A DNA stretch of 23,222 bases from a virus (lineage: Duplodnaviria; Heunggongvirae; Uroviricota; Caudoviricetes), in IMG/VR virus record IMGVR_UViG_2529293142_000011. One strand, 5' to 3'. The position numbers were made by a program, and so were the translations under genes. Positions 8,473-16,591 of the stretch are shown piece after piece; the stretch's first letter is position 1, and each line of letters begins with the position of its first letter. Under the pieces are notes generated by a model that made no database searches, had not been told where the DNA came from, and saw nothing but the letters and a program-made list of their open reading frames with translations.

Positions 8473-8605
8473 TTGGCTGCATAAATAATATTTTAAGTTG
8501 CAAGTTGGCTATTCGTAGGAATAGAACCTTAGGCATGCTGAATGCGTTTTCTGAACATTGTTTTATAAACTGTGTCTGCTTGCTGTTGTGATCCTGCTTT
8601 TAGTG

Positions 8606-8716
8606 ATGGTGATGATGGATTTCACCAGCAGGATAATGTTGGTACTGACTGATGGCGCTCTGGTCTGCGGCATTGTGGTATTGCTGTGGCCGATGATGAA
8701 AGAACAGAATGAATAA
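8606..8716 (+). CDS. hypothetical 36-aa hydrophobic peptide (single TM), weak start context
   Basis: MVMMDFTSRIMLVLTDGALVCGIVVLLWPMMKEQNE; downstream of the membrane-protein gene, same strand; no convincing Shine-Dalgarno. Confidence 0.2.
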   Translation: MVMMDFTSRIMLVLTDGALVCGIVVLLWPMMKEQNE

Positions 8717-8900
8717 TTCTTGACTTTTTGTTTACTGTTTATTAAAAAATCAACCGCATGGTGAATCCTCCTTGGAGGGGCTAAATGATCGAGTTTTAAG
8801 GGCACGTAGCGAGTTCTGTTTGATCATTGCAGAACTTAGCGGGAGGCGCCATGCGTACATCACTAGTGTTATTCCTTTTATCATTTTCCTTGTGAGTTCT

Positions 8901-8927
8901 GGCTGCGCATTGCGCAGCCTTTTTTTT
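8901..8927 (+). terminator. strong intrinsic terminator
   Basis: GGCTGCG-CATTG-CGCAGCC perfect stem followed by TTTTTTTT, 85 nt upstream of the nanS-like start. Confidence 0.7.
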
Positions 8928-9013
8928 ATGACCTGCCACTGGCAGATGGTCATCCTGTGATTTGATTCCGCTTCCGGCTTTTTAACTCTGTTCCTCTACA
9001 CGGGAGAAATTCG

Positions 9014-10864
9014 ATGTCGATTAAACATTACGATGTTGTCAGGGCGGCGTCGCCGTCAGACCTTGCGGAAAAGCTGACACACAAACTGAAAGAGGGCTGG
9101 CAGCCATACGGCGGACCGGTTGCCATTACGCCGTACACACTGATGCAGGCGATGGCTATTGAAGGAGAGCCACAGGTCGGCCCTTCATCTGAGCCGGATT
9201 GGTACTACGTCATCGTACTGGCCGGGCAGTCCAATGCCATGGCTTACGGTGAAGGGCTTCCGCTGCCGGATTCATACGATGCTCCGGATCCGCGCATTAA
9301 ACAGCTGGCGCGCCGCAGTACAGTGACGCCGGGCGGGGCTGCCTGCAGATATAACGATATTATTCCGGCTGACCACTGTCTGCATGATGTGCAGGATATG
9401 AGTACGCTGAATCATCCGAGGGCTGACCTGAGCAAAGGGCAGTACGACTGTGTCGGTCAGGGTTTACATATTGCCAAAAAACTGCTCCCGTATATCCCGA
9501 ATAACGCGGGGATCCTGCTGGTACCATGCTGTCGTGGTGGTTCGGCATTTACCCAGGGCGCGGAGGGGACATTCAGCGAGTCCACGGGGGCCAGTCAGGA
9601 TTCGGCACGCTGGGGGGTGGGCAAGCCGTTATATCAGGATCTGATTTCCCGCACAAAAGCGGCATTGCAGAAAAATCCCAAAAACGTTCTGCTGGCCGTC
9701 TGCTGGATGCAGGGTGAGTTTGACATGAGCGCCGCCACCCACGCACAGCAACCTGCGCTGTTTACAGCCATGCTGACACAGTTTCGTGCTGACCTCTCCG
9801 TGTTTAACGCGCAGTGCCATGGTGGCAGTGCTGCAGATGTGCCGTGGGTTTGTGGTGACACGACGTATTACTGGAAAAATACATACGCTACCCAGTACGA
9901 CACCGTGTACGGCGGGTATAAAAACAGGGAGAGTGAGGGCGTTTATTTTGTGCCCTTCATGACAGATGGTAACGGCGTCAATACCGCCACTAACGCGCCG
10001 GCAGAAGATCCGGATATTCCGGCATCAGGATATTACGGTGCGGCATCGAGAACGAATGGAAACCAGGTATCATCAAACCGCCCGACACATTTCAGTTCAT
10101 GGGCGCGCAGGAGCATTATTCCGGATCGTCTGGCAACCGCTATTCTGAACGCAGCCGGGCGCACCTCAGCCTTCATCAGTGGTAAGGCACCGGAAATCAA
10201 ACCCTCGCCCGGCGGCAACACGCCATCGGGTCCGTCTGCAGATACGTCCGTTCGCACAATCTCCCTGCTGCCGGCAGCCGGAGAGGCTGCTGCGCAGGGC
10301 TGGAGCATTAAGGATGGCGGAATTCAGTTGTCAGATGGTGTATTTAAGATCACCAAGCAGAGCAATAAAACCTGGTCCCTGACGCATCCGGTGGATGACG
10401 CAATTACCCTGCTGACACAGGGCGGCAGACTGACCTGTAAGTTCCGCCTGTCAGGCGCACTGACCAACAATCAGTTCGGGCTGGGGATTTATCTGTATAC
10501 GGATGCTCCCGTTCCTGATGGTGTGGCGATGACGGGTACCGGTAATCCGTTCCTGATGTCGTACTTCACTCAGACCACTGACGGCAGAGTGAATCTGATG
10601 CATCACAGGAAAGCCGGAAACACGAAGCTGGGGGAGTTCGGCGATTACGGTAACGACTGGCAGACGCTGGAGCTGGTGTTCACCGCCGGCAGTGCCACGG
10701 TTACTCCGAAACTGAATGGAGTGGCTGGCCCGGCATTCCAGGTTATAAAAGACAGTCTGACACTGGGACTGAATGCGCTGACGCTGACGGATGTTACAAA
10801 AAATGCAGCGTATGGCGTTGAGATAGAAAGTCTGATGCTGGAGATAAATGCACCGGCAGCATAA
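9014..10864 (+). CDS. nanS: prophage-encoded sialate O-acetylesterase (NanS-p-like; N-terminal DUF1737-type domain plus SGNH/SASA esterase domain plus C-terminal domain)
   Basis: 616-aa MSIKHYDVVRAASPSDLAEKLTHKLKEGWQPYGGPVAITPY... then YYVIVLAGQSNAMAYG (GQSN esterase motif); sits in the pre-holin position that NanS-p genes occupy in Stx-type lambdoid phages; RBS GGGAGAAA. Confidence 0.75.
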   Translation: MSIKHYDVVRAASPSDLAEKLTHKLKEGWQPYGGPVAITPYTLMQAMAIEGEPQVGPSSEPDWYYVIVLAGQSNAMAYGEGLPLPDSYDAPDPRIKQLARRSTVTPGGAACRYNDIIPADHCLHDVQDMSTLNHPRADLSKGQYDCVGQGLHIAKKLLPYIPNNAGILLVPCCRGGSAFTQGAEGTFSESTGASQDSARWGVGKPLYQDLISRTKAALQKNPKNVLLAVCWMQGEFDMSAATHAQQPALFTAMLTQFRADLSVFNAQCHGGSAADVPWVCGDTTYYWKNTYATQYDTVYGGYKNRESEGVYFVPFMTDGNGVNTATNAPAEDPDIPASGYYGAASRTNGNQVSSNRPTHFSSWARRSIIPDRLATAILNAAGRTSAFISGKAPEIKPSPGGNTPSGPSADTSVRTISLLPAAGEAAAQGWSIKDGGIQLSDGVFKITKQSNKTWSLTHPVDDAITLLTQGGRLTCKFRLSGALTNNQFGLGIYLYTDAPVPDGVAMTGTGNPFLMSYFTQTTDGRVNLMHHRKAGNTKLGEFGDYGNDWQTLELVFTAGSATVTPKLNGVAGPAFQVIKDSLTLGLNALTLTDVTKNAAYGVEIESLMLEINAPAA

Positions 10865-10865
10865 T

Positions 10866-11170
10866 AAAAAAAGCCAGCGACTGACCTGAAAAAGAAGACG
10901 CTGGCTAAAAGGCCTTATATGTTTGTAGAGACTTATTTTTCACAGACAGCAATGATGCCTGTCAATATATTATCAATATGCGGATTGTTTCAGTTACAGA
11001 TGCCTTATTAAGGAAAAAACAGCCAGCACTGACTTTCGGTGGAGAGGTGCTGGCTCAAAAGGATAGATGTACTTCACATGTTGCTTCTATATGGCAGTAC
11101 ATTTTCTGACAGACAGTGACGGATGTTGTCAAGATATTGTGTCATTTATAACCTGAATCAGGGGAGGCCG
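10866..11170 (+). repeat. two diverged ~150-bp tandem repeat units, each with a GC-rich stem-loop and a conserved TTTTCxCAGACAG...TGTCAAxATATT block
   Basis: Unit 1 begins AAAAAAGCCAGCGACTGACC...GACGCTGGCTAAAAGG...TTTTTCACAGACAGCAATGATGCCTGTCAATATATTATC; unit 2 begins AAAAAACAGCCAGCACTGAC...GTGCTGGCTCAAAAGG...TTTTCTGACAGACAGTGACGGATGTTGTCAAGATATTGTGTC. Confidence 0.45.
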
Positions 11171-11310
11171 GAATGTTATCTGGCATTTTTAGCAGAGCCT
11201 GAATGCCATAATCACGGCTCCCGGCGTTGGCCGTCAGTGGGTGACACTGGCGGCTTTTTTGTTTTTCTTTACTTTCATTTTCTGTCGGCGGTGACGGAGA
11301 CATACATCAG

Positions 11311-11517
11311 ATGGAAAAAATCACAACAGGTGTGTCATACACCACGTCAGCGGTGGGGACGGGATACTGGTTACTGCAGCTGCTGGACAAAGTCTCTCCG
11401 TCCCAGTGGGTGGCAATAGGTGTGCTGGGAAGTCTGCTGTTTGGCCTGCTGACGTATCTGACAAATCTTTATTTCAAGATTAAAGAAGATAAGCGTAAGG
11501 CTGCGAGAGGTGAATAA
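11311..11517 (+). CDS. S: class II holin (phage 21 S21-type pinholin)
   Basis: [68 protein letters not shown], close to S21. Confidence 0.9.
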   Translation: MEKITTGVSYTTSAVGTGYWLLQLLDKVSPSQWVAIGVLGSLLFGLLTYLTNLYFKIKEDKRKAARGE

Positions 11518-12014
11518 TGTCGCCGTCATTACGCAAGGCTGTTGCAGCTGCTATTGGTGGTGGGGCTGTTGCCATAGCGTCTGTGCTCATCACTGGTCCA
11601 GGTGGTAACGATGGTCTGGAAGGTGTCAGCTACATACCATACAAAGATATCGTTGGCGTATGGACTGTATGTCACGGACACACCGGAAAAGACATCATGC
11701 CCGGTAAAACGTATACCGAAGCAGAATGCAAAGCCCTCCTGAATAAAGACCTTGCCACGGTCGCCAGACAAATTAACCCGTACATCAACGTCGATATACC
11801 GGAAACAACGCGCGGCGCTCTTTACTCGTTCGTTTACAACGTGGGCGCTGGCAATTTCAGAACATCGACGCTTCTTCGCAAAATAAACCAGGGCGATATC
11901 AAAAGCGCATGTGATCAGCTACGGCGCTGGACATACGCTGGCGGTAAGCAATGGAAAGGGCTGATGACTCGCCGCGAGATTGAGCGTGAAGTCTGTTTGT
12001 GGGGGCAACAATGA
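11517..12014 (+). CDS. R: SAR endolysin (phage 21 R21-type lysozyme with N-terminal signal-anchor-release domain)
   Basis: [59 protein letters not shown]..., near-identical to R21; TAATG overlap with holin stop. Confidence 0.95.
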   Translation: MSPSLRKAVAAAIGGGAVAIASVLITGPGGNDGLEGVSYIPYKDIVGVWTVCHGHTGKDIMPGKTYTEAECKALLNKDLATVARQINPYINVDIPETTRGALYSFVYNVGAGNFRTSTLLRKINQGDIKSACDQLRRWTYAGGKQWKGLMTRREIEREVCLWGQQ

Positions 12015-12448
12015 GCAGGGTAACCGTTATTATCTCCGCTCTGGTTATCTGCATTATCGCCTGCCTGTCATGGGCTGTTAATCTTTACCGTGATAACGCC
12101 ATCGCCTACAAAGAGCAGCGCGATAAAGCCACATCCATCATCGCTGATATGCAGAAGCGGCAACGTGATGTAGCAGAACTTGACGCCAGATACACAAAGG
12201 AGCTTGCTGATGCTAATGCGACTATCGAAAGTCTCCGTGCTGATGTTTCTGCTGGGCGTAAGCGCCTGCAAGTCTTCGCCACCTGTGCAAAGTCAACGAC
12301 CGGAGCCAGCAGCATGGGCGATGGAGAAAGCCCAGGACTTACAGCAGATGCTGAACTCAATTATTACCGTCTCCGAGGTGGAATCGACAAGATAACCGCG
12401 CAGGTTAACTACCTGCAGGAATACATCAGGACGCAGTGCTTAAAATAA
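12011..12448 (+). CDS. Rz: i-spanin Rz
   Basis: [39 protein letters not shown]... N-terminal TM plus coiled coil, lambda Rz homolog; start ATG 12011 (ORF track begins 12 nt upstream). Confidence 0.9.
   Translation: MSRVTVIISALVICIIACLSWAVNLYRDNAIAYKEQRDKATSIIADMQKRQRDVAELDARYTKELADANATIESLRADVSAGRKRLQVFATCAKSTTGASSMGDGESPGLTADAELNYYRLRGGIDKITAQVNYLQEYIRTQCLK
12210..12395 (+). CDS. Rz1: o-spanin Rz1 (lipoprotein embedded in +1 frame of Rz)
   Basis: [36 protein letters not shown]... lipobox VSAC, proline-rich mature part, entirely inside Rz. Confidence 0.75.
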   Translation: MLMRLSKVSVLMFLLGVSACKSSPPVQSQRPEPAAWAMEKAQDLQQMLNSIITVSEVESTR

Positions 12449-12485
12449 TTTTAATTTCACTGAAATTTAACAAGTGACTTTCAGG

Positions 12486-12515
12486 AAAATGCCTCGCAGA
12501 TGCGGGGCATTTTTG
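12486..12515 (+). terminator. intrinsic terminator after the lysis cassette
   Basis: ATGCCTCGC-AGAT-GCGGGGCAT hairpin followed by TTTT. Confidence 0.55.
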
Positions 12516-12666
12516 TACCGGTATTTCACCGCGCACCGCAGCGCACAATAAACACCGAACCTGACCCTTTGGAATGGGCCTTTGAGGATACCAGTTAGTG
12601 CTGGCGAGCCTCGGTGGGCTGGTTTCCTATGCGGCAAAGGTTCATTTCAAAGAAGCAGGCAACGCC

Positions 12667-13215
12667 ATGAATGAATTAATTGCGAATCATGACTTCGACT
12701 TTCGCCAGTTAGTTACCGCAGCAGAAGGTCAACCGGTAACTGACACCTTCCAGATTGCCAGGGCATTTGGTAAACGCCATCAGCATGTGATTAGGGCTAT
12801 TAAATGTTTGAGATGTTCTGAGGAATTCTCGACAACCCATTTTTGGGCCGTCGAGAAAATCAATGACTTAGGTATTTTTGACAAGAAACAGATTTACTAC
12901 CGCATGGACTTTAGTGGCTTCGTTATGCTGGTTATGGGATTTAACGGGGCAAAAGCCGATGCTGTTAAAGAAGCCTATATCAATGCGTTTAACTGGATGT
13001 CAGCAGAACTCCGTAAGTACAGCGAAAGTTATGAAGCAGAACGTAACGCCGTAATGCTGGAGTACATGAAAGAGAAGGATGTCGCCAGCATGTCAGGCCG
13101 TCTGCTCAATCGCTGGGGGAGAACGAAAAAACCTCAATTGCTTGCAAAGCTGGAACGTCTGGAGAGACAGGGACAGTTTTTATTACCGGGATTCGATAAA
13201 GGTATTCAAGCCTGA
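12667..13215 (+). CDS. Rha-family phage regulatory protein (antirepressor-like); alternative start 12598
   Basis: MNELIANHDFDFRQLVTAAEGQPVTDTFQIARAFGKRHQHVIRAIKCLRCSEEF... matches the N-terminal Rha/ORF6N-type motif (x-V-T-D-S/T-x-x-I-A-x-x-F-G-K-R-H-x-x-V-x-R); sits where bor lies in lambda. Confidence 0.55.
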   Translation: MNELIANHDFDFRQLVTAAEGQPVTDTFQIARAFGKRHQHVIRAIKCLRCSEEFSTTHFWAVEKINDLGIFDKKQIYYRMDFSGFVMLVMGFNGAKADAVKEAYINAFNWMSAELRKYSESYEAERNAVMLEYMKEKDVASMSGRLLNRWGRTKKPQLLAKLERLERQGQFLLPGFDKGIQA

Positions 13216-13402
13216 CACATTATGCGCTGTATCGTCGCCGTATTCCCGCATTAACCATGACCGTAGCCCGACGGGGAATTCCTTCTGCGTGAGTGTGCGG
13301 GAATAATCAAAAACGATGCACACCGGGTTTTACTGTGCTGACAGACGCAGGGTTACCCTCATAGTCGCTTTTCCGGTGCGATGGTGGAAGAAACCGGGAT
13401 GT

Positions 13403-13597
13403 TCATCCATCATCACTTTGGATTGATGTATATGCTCTCTTTTCTGACGTTAGTCTCCGACGGCAGGCTTCAATGACCCAGGCTGAGAAATTCCCAGACC
13501 CTTTTTGCTCAAGAGCGATGTTAATTTGTTCAATCATTTGGTTAGGAAAGCGGATGTTGCGGGTTGTTGTTCTGCGGGTTCTGTTCTTCGTTGACAT
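13403..13597 (-). CDS. ylcI: YlcI-like small protein (DUF3950-type, putative ribbon-helix-helix)
   Basis: MSTKNRTRRTTTRNIRFPNQMIEQINIALEQKGSGNFSAWVIEACRRRLTSEKRAYTSIQSDDG; same position as ylcI before nohD in DLP12 and as the small ORF before cos in lambda. Confidence 0.7.
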   Translation of the reverse strand: MSTKNRTRRTTTRNIRFPNQMIEQINIALEQKGSGNFSAWVIEACRRRLTSEKRAYTSIQSDDG

Positions 13598-13789
13598 GAG
13601 GTTGCCCCGTATTCAGTGTCGCTGATTTGTATTGTCTGAAGTTGTTTTTACGTTAAGTTGACGCAGATCAATTAATACGATACCTGCGTCATAATTGATT
13701 ATTTGACGTGGTTTGATGGCGTAGATGCACGTTGTGACATGTAGATGATAATTATTATCATTTTGCGGGTCCTTTCCGGCGATCCGACA

Positions 13790-13950
13790 GGTTACGGGGC
13801 GGCGACCTCGCGGGTTTTCGCTATTTATGAAAATTTTCCGGGATCCATGTCCGGTTTCTCTGCAAGTTAACTATATGAAAAATATAAAAACAGGCTGTCC
13901 GTGAACCGGACATGTGCAAAAAACGGACATGTAAACCGGACATGACCGGT
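13790..13950 (+). other. cos site: cosN (12-nt cohesive end GGGCGGCGACCT at 13797-13808) plus cosB with repeated CGGACATG elements
   Basis: ...GACAGGTTACG|GGGCGGCGACCTCGCGGGTTTTCGCTATTTATGAAAATTTTCC matches the lambda right-end/left-end junction; downstream CATGTCCGG (13846-13854), CCGGACATG (13906-13914), CGGACATG (13924-13931), CCGGACATG (13936-13944) resemble terminase small-subunit R sites. Confidence 0.75.
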
Positions 13951-13991
13951 TTTGTGCTGATTGTGAGGTAAGAGTTTTTGCGAGGTGAGGA

Positions 13992-14501
13992 GTGGCTACG
14001 CAGACTGAAGTTGCCAGGCATTTGAGTCTGACCGATCGCCAGCTTCGCAGATTGCAGAAATTACCGGGTGCCCCGGTCTCGAATAAGCGAGGGCAACTGG
14101 ATCTGGATGCCTGGCGCGATTTTTACATATCGTATCTGAGAAGAAGTAAAAACGATGTGCCTGATGGCGATAGCGAAGAAGACTATGAAGAGAAATTGCT
14201 TATTGCCAGATGGGAACTGACAGCAGAACAGGCTGTTACACAGCAGTTAAAAAATGAGGTGTCAAAAGGAAAACTGATTGACACCGGGTTCTGTATTTTT
14301 GCCCTCAGCAAGCTGGCAATGGCGTTATCCAGTACGCTTGATTCCATCCCTTTATCCATGCAGCGACAGTTTCCTGATTTAACACCGCGCCATCTTGACC
14401 ATCTGAAAACCCTTATTGCTAAGGGGGCAAATCAGTGTGCGCGGGCAGGGGATAAATTACCGGATTTACTTGATGAATATATCAGAGCAACAACTGAATA
14501 A
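13992..14501 (+). CDS. nu1: terminase small subunit (Nu1 / phage 21 gp1-type); GTG start
   Basis: (M)ATQTEVARHLSLTDRQLRRLQKLPGAPVSNKRGQ... N-terminal HTH differs from lambda Nu1, C-terminal part (IDTGFCIFALSKLAMALSSTLDSIPLSMQRQFPDL) parallels it; RBS GAGGTGAGGA. Confidence 0.85.
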   Translation: MATQTEVARHLSLTDRQLRRLQKLPGAPVSNKRGQLDLDAWRDFYISYLRRSKNDVPDGDSEEDYEEKLLIARWELTAEQAVTQQLKNEVSKGKLIDTGFCIFALSKLAMALSSTLDSIPLSMQRQFPDLTPRHLDHLKTLIAKGANQCARAGDKLPDLLDEYIRATTE

Positions 14502-16401
14502 TATGATGAGCGCTGTCACAACTGCATTACAGCCCCTGATAAGGGCATTGCCGGTGACGCCAGTTGAATGGGCTGATCAAAATTATTATCTGCCTAAAGA
14601 ATCTTCATATGGTGAGGGCGAATGGAAAACGCTGCCATTCCAGATCGCCATCATGAACAGCATGGGGAATGATCAGATCCGCACTGTTAATCTGATTAAA
14701 TCTGCCCGTGTTGGCTATACAAAGATGTTGCTGGGGGTGGTCGGGTATTTTATTGAGCATAAATCCCGAAACAGTCTGCTTTTTCAGCCCACGGATTCTG
14801 CCGCTGAAGATTTTATGAAGTCTCACGTGGAGGCGACGATTCGGAACGTGCCATGCCTGAAAGACCTTTCCCCATGGCTGGGTCGTAAACATCGTGACAA
14901 TACTCTCACGCTGAAACGCTTTTCATCGGGCGTCGGTTTCTGGTGCCTGGGCGGCGCTGCCGCCAAAAACTACCGTGAAAAATCCGTGGACGTGGTCTGC
15001 TATGACGAACTTTCCTCGTTCGAGCCGGATGTTGAAAAAGAGGGGTCGCCAACCCTGCTGGGGGATAAACGTATTGAGGGCTCTGTATGGCCAAAATCCA
15101 TTCGCGGCTCGACGCCTAAAATCAAAGGCACCTGCCAGATCGAAAAAGCCGCTAACGAGTCGGCGCATTTCATGCGTTTTTATGTGCCCTGCCCGCACTG
15201 TGGGGAGGAGCAGTATCTGAAATTTGGCGATGAGTCCACGCCTTTCGGGCTTAAATGGGAGAAGGACAGCCCTGAAAGTGTTTTCTACCTCTGTGAGCAT
15301 CATGGCTGTGTGATCCATCAGTCTGAACTGGACCAGAGCAACGGGCGGTGGATCTGTGAAAACACGGGCATGTGGACCCGTGACGGTCTGACGTTTTTCA
15401 GCGCCCGGGGTGATGAAATTCCGCCGCCGCGCTCCATCACGTTCCATATCTGGACGGCGTACAGTCCGTTCACCACCTGGGTACAGATTGTCTATGACTG
15501 GCTGGATGCACTGAAAGATCCCAACGGCCTGAAAACCTTTGTGAACACCACGCTGGGCGAGACCTGGGAAGAGGCCGTGGGCGAAAAACTCGATCACCAG
15601 GTACTGATGGATAAGGTGGTGCGTTACACGGCGGCGGTGCCTGCCCGGGTGGTTTATCTGACGGCGGGCATTGACTCGCAGCGAAACCGTTTTGAGATGT
15701 ATGTCTGGGGATGGGCTCCGGGAGAGGAAGCCTTTCTGGTGGATAAAATCATCATTATGGGGCGTCCTGATGAGGAAGAGACGCTGTTACGTGTGGATGC
15801 GGCGATCAACAAAAAATACCGCCATGCAGACGGAACCGAAATGACTATTTCCCGTGTCTGCTGGGACACCGGGGGGATCGATGGCGAAATCGTTTATCAG
15901 AGGTCAAAAAAACACGGTGTTTTCCGGGTGCTGCCGGTAAAAGGCGCATCTGTCTATGGCAAGCCGGTGATCACCATGCCAAAAACCCGCAATCAGCGGG
16001 GCGTGTATCTGTGTGAAGTGGGAACGGACACCGCAAAAGAAATTCTCTATGCCCGTATGAAAGCCGATCCCTCGCCTGCGGATGAAGCCACGTCGTATGC
16101 CATCCGTTTTCCTGATGATCCGGAGATTTTTTCGCAGACAGAGGCGCAGCAACTGGTGGCGGAAGAGCTGGTGGAGAAGTGGGAAAAAGGAAAGATGCGT
16201 CTGCTGTGGGATAACAAAAAGCGGCGTAACGAAGCGCTGGACTGCCTGGTGTATGCCTACGCGGCATTACGTGTGTCCGTGCAACGCTGGCAGCTTGATC
16301 TGGCTGTACTGGCAAAATCCCGGGAAGAAGAGACGACCCGGCCAACCCTGAAAGAACTGGCAGCGAAGCTGTCCGGAGGAGTGAATGGTTACAGTCGCTG
16401 A
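14473..16401 (+). CDS. A: terminase large subunit (gpA)
   Basis: MNISEQQLNNMMSAVTTALQPLIRALPVTPVEWADQNYYLPKESSYGEGEWKTLPFQ... collinear with lambda gpA over its length; start ATG 14473 overlaps nu1 3' end. Confidence 0.95.
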   Translation: MNISEQQLNNMMSAVTTALQPLIRALPVTPVEWADQNYYLPKESSYGEGEWKTLPFQIAIMNSMGNDQIRTVNLIKSARVGYTKMLLGVVGYFIEHKSRNSLLFQPTDSAAEDFMKSHVEATIRNVPCLKDLSPWLGRKHRDNTLTLKRFSSGVGFWCLGGAAAKNYREKSVDVVCYDELSSFEPDVEKEGSPTLLGDKRIEGSVWPKSIRGSTPKIKGTCQIEKAANESAHFMRFYVPCPHCGEEQYLKFGDESTPFGLKWEKDSPESVFYLCEHHGCVIHQSELDQSNGRWICENTGMWTRDGLTFFSARGDEIPPPRSITFHIWTAYSPFTTWVQIVYDWLDALKDPNGLKTFVNTTLGETWEEAVGEKLDHQVLMDKVVRYTAAVPARVVYLTAGIDSQRNRFEMYVWGWAPGEEAFLVDKIIIMGRPDEEETLLRVDAAINKKYRHADGTEMTISRVCWDTGGIDGEIVYQRSKKHGVFRVLPVKGASVYGKPVITMPKTRNQRGVYLCEVGTDTAKEILYARMKADPSPADEATSYAIRFPDDPEIFSQTEAQQLVAEELVEKWEKGKMRLLWDNKKRRNEALDCLVYAYAALRVSVQRWQLDLAVLAKSREEETTRPTLKELAAKLSGGVNGYSR

Positions 16402-16591
16402 ACTGCAGGCGCTGCGTCAGGCGCGCCTTGATTTATTAACCGGTAAACGGGTGGTGTCTGTCCAGAAAGATGGTCGCAGAATTGAATATACGGCGGCTTC
16501 TCTGGATGAGCTTAACCGGGCGATCAATGATGCGGAGTCGGTACTGGGGACAACCCGGCGTCGCCGTCGTCCGCTGGGAGTGAGGTTATGA
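16385..16591 (+). CDS. W: head-tail joining protein W
   Basis: MVTVAELQALRQARLDLLTGKRVVSVQKDGRRIEYTAASLDELNRAINDAESVLG..., lambda W homolog. Confidence 0.85.
   Translation: MVTVAELQALRQARLDLLTGKRVVSVQKDGRRIEYTAASLDELNRAINDAESVLGTTRRRRRPLGVRL

Noticed and set aside
8563..8960. ORFs 8563-8805 (-) and 8772-8960 (+) around the candidate sRNA/terminator
   Set aside because: Both run through the strong terminator hairpin or are antisense to the peptide ORF; no start context; judged spurious.
8473..9013. Possible tRNA genes or stx genes downstream of Q, as in Stx phages
   Set aside because: No cloverleaf-compatible sequence or GGTTCGAATCC-type T-arm found by eye, and no ORFs resembling StxA/StxB; scanned visually, not with a tRNA-finding program.
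11123..11419. 98-aa forward ORF overlapping the holin start
   Set aside because: Overlaps the tandem-repeat spacer and the 5' part of the holin gene in another frame; no homology or RBS support.
14605..16345. Several reverse-strand ORFs (up to 224 aa) inside the large terminase gene
   Set aside because: Antisense to a strongly supported conserved gene in GC-rich DNA where long open antisense frames arise by chance.
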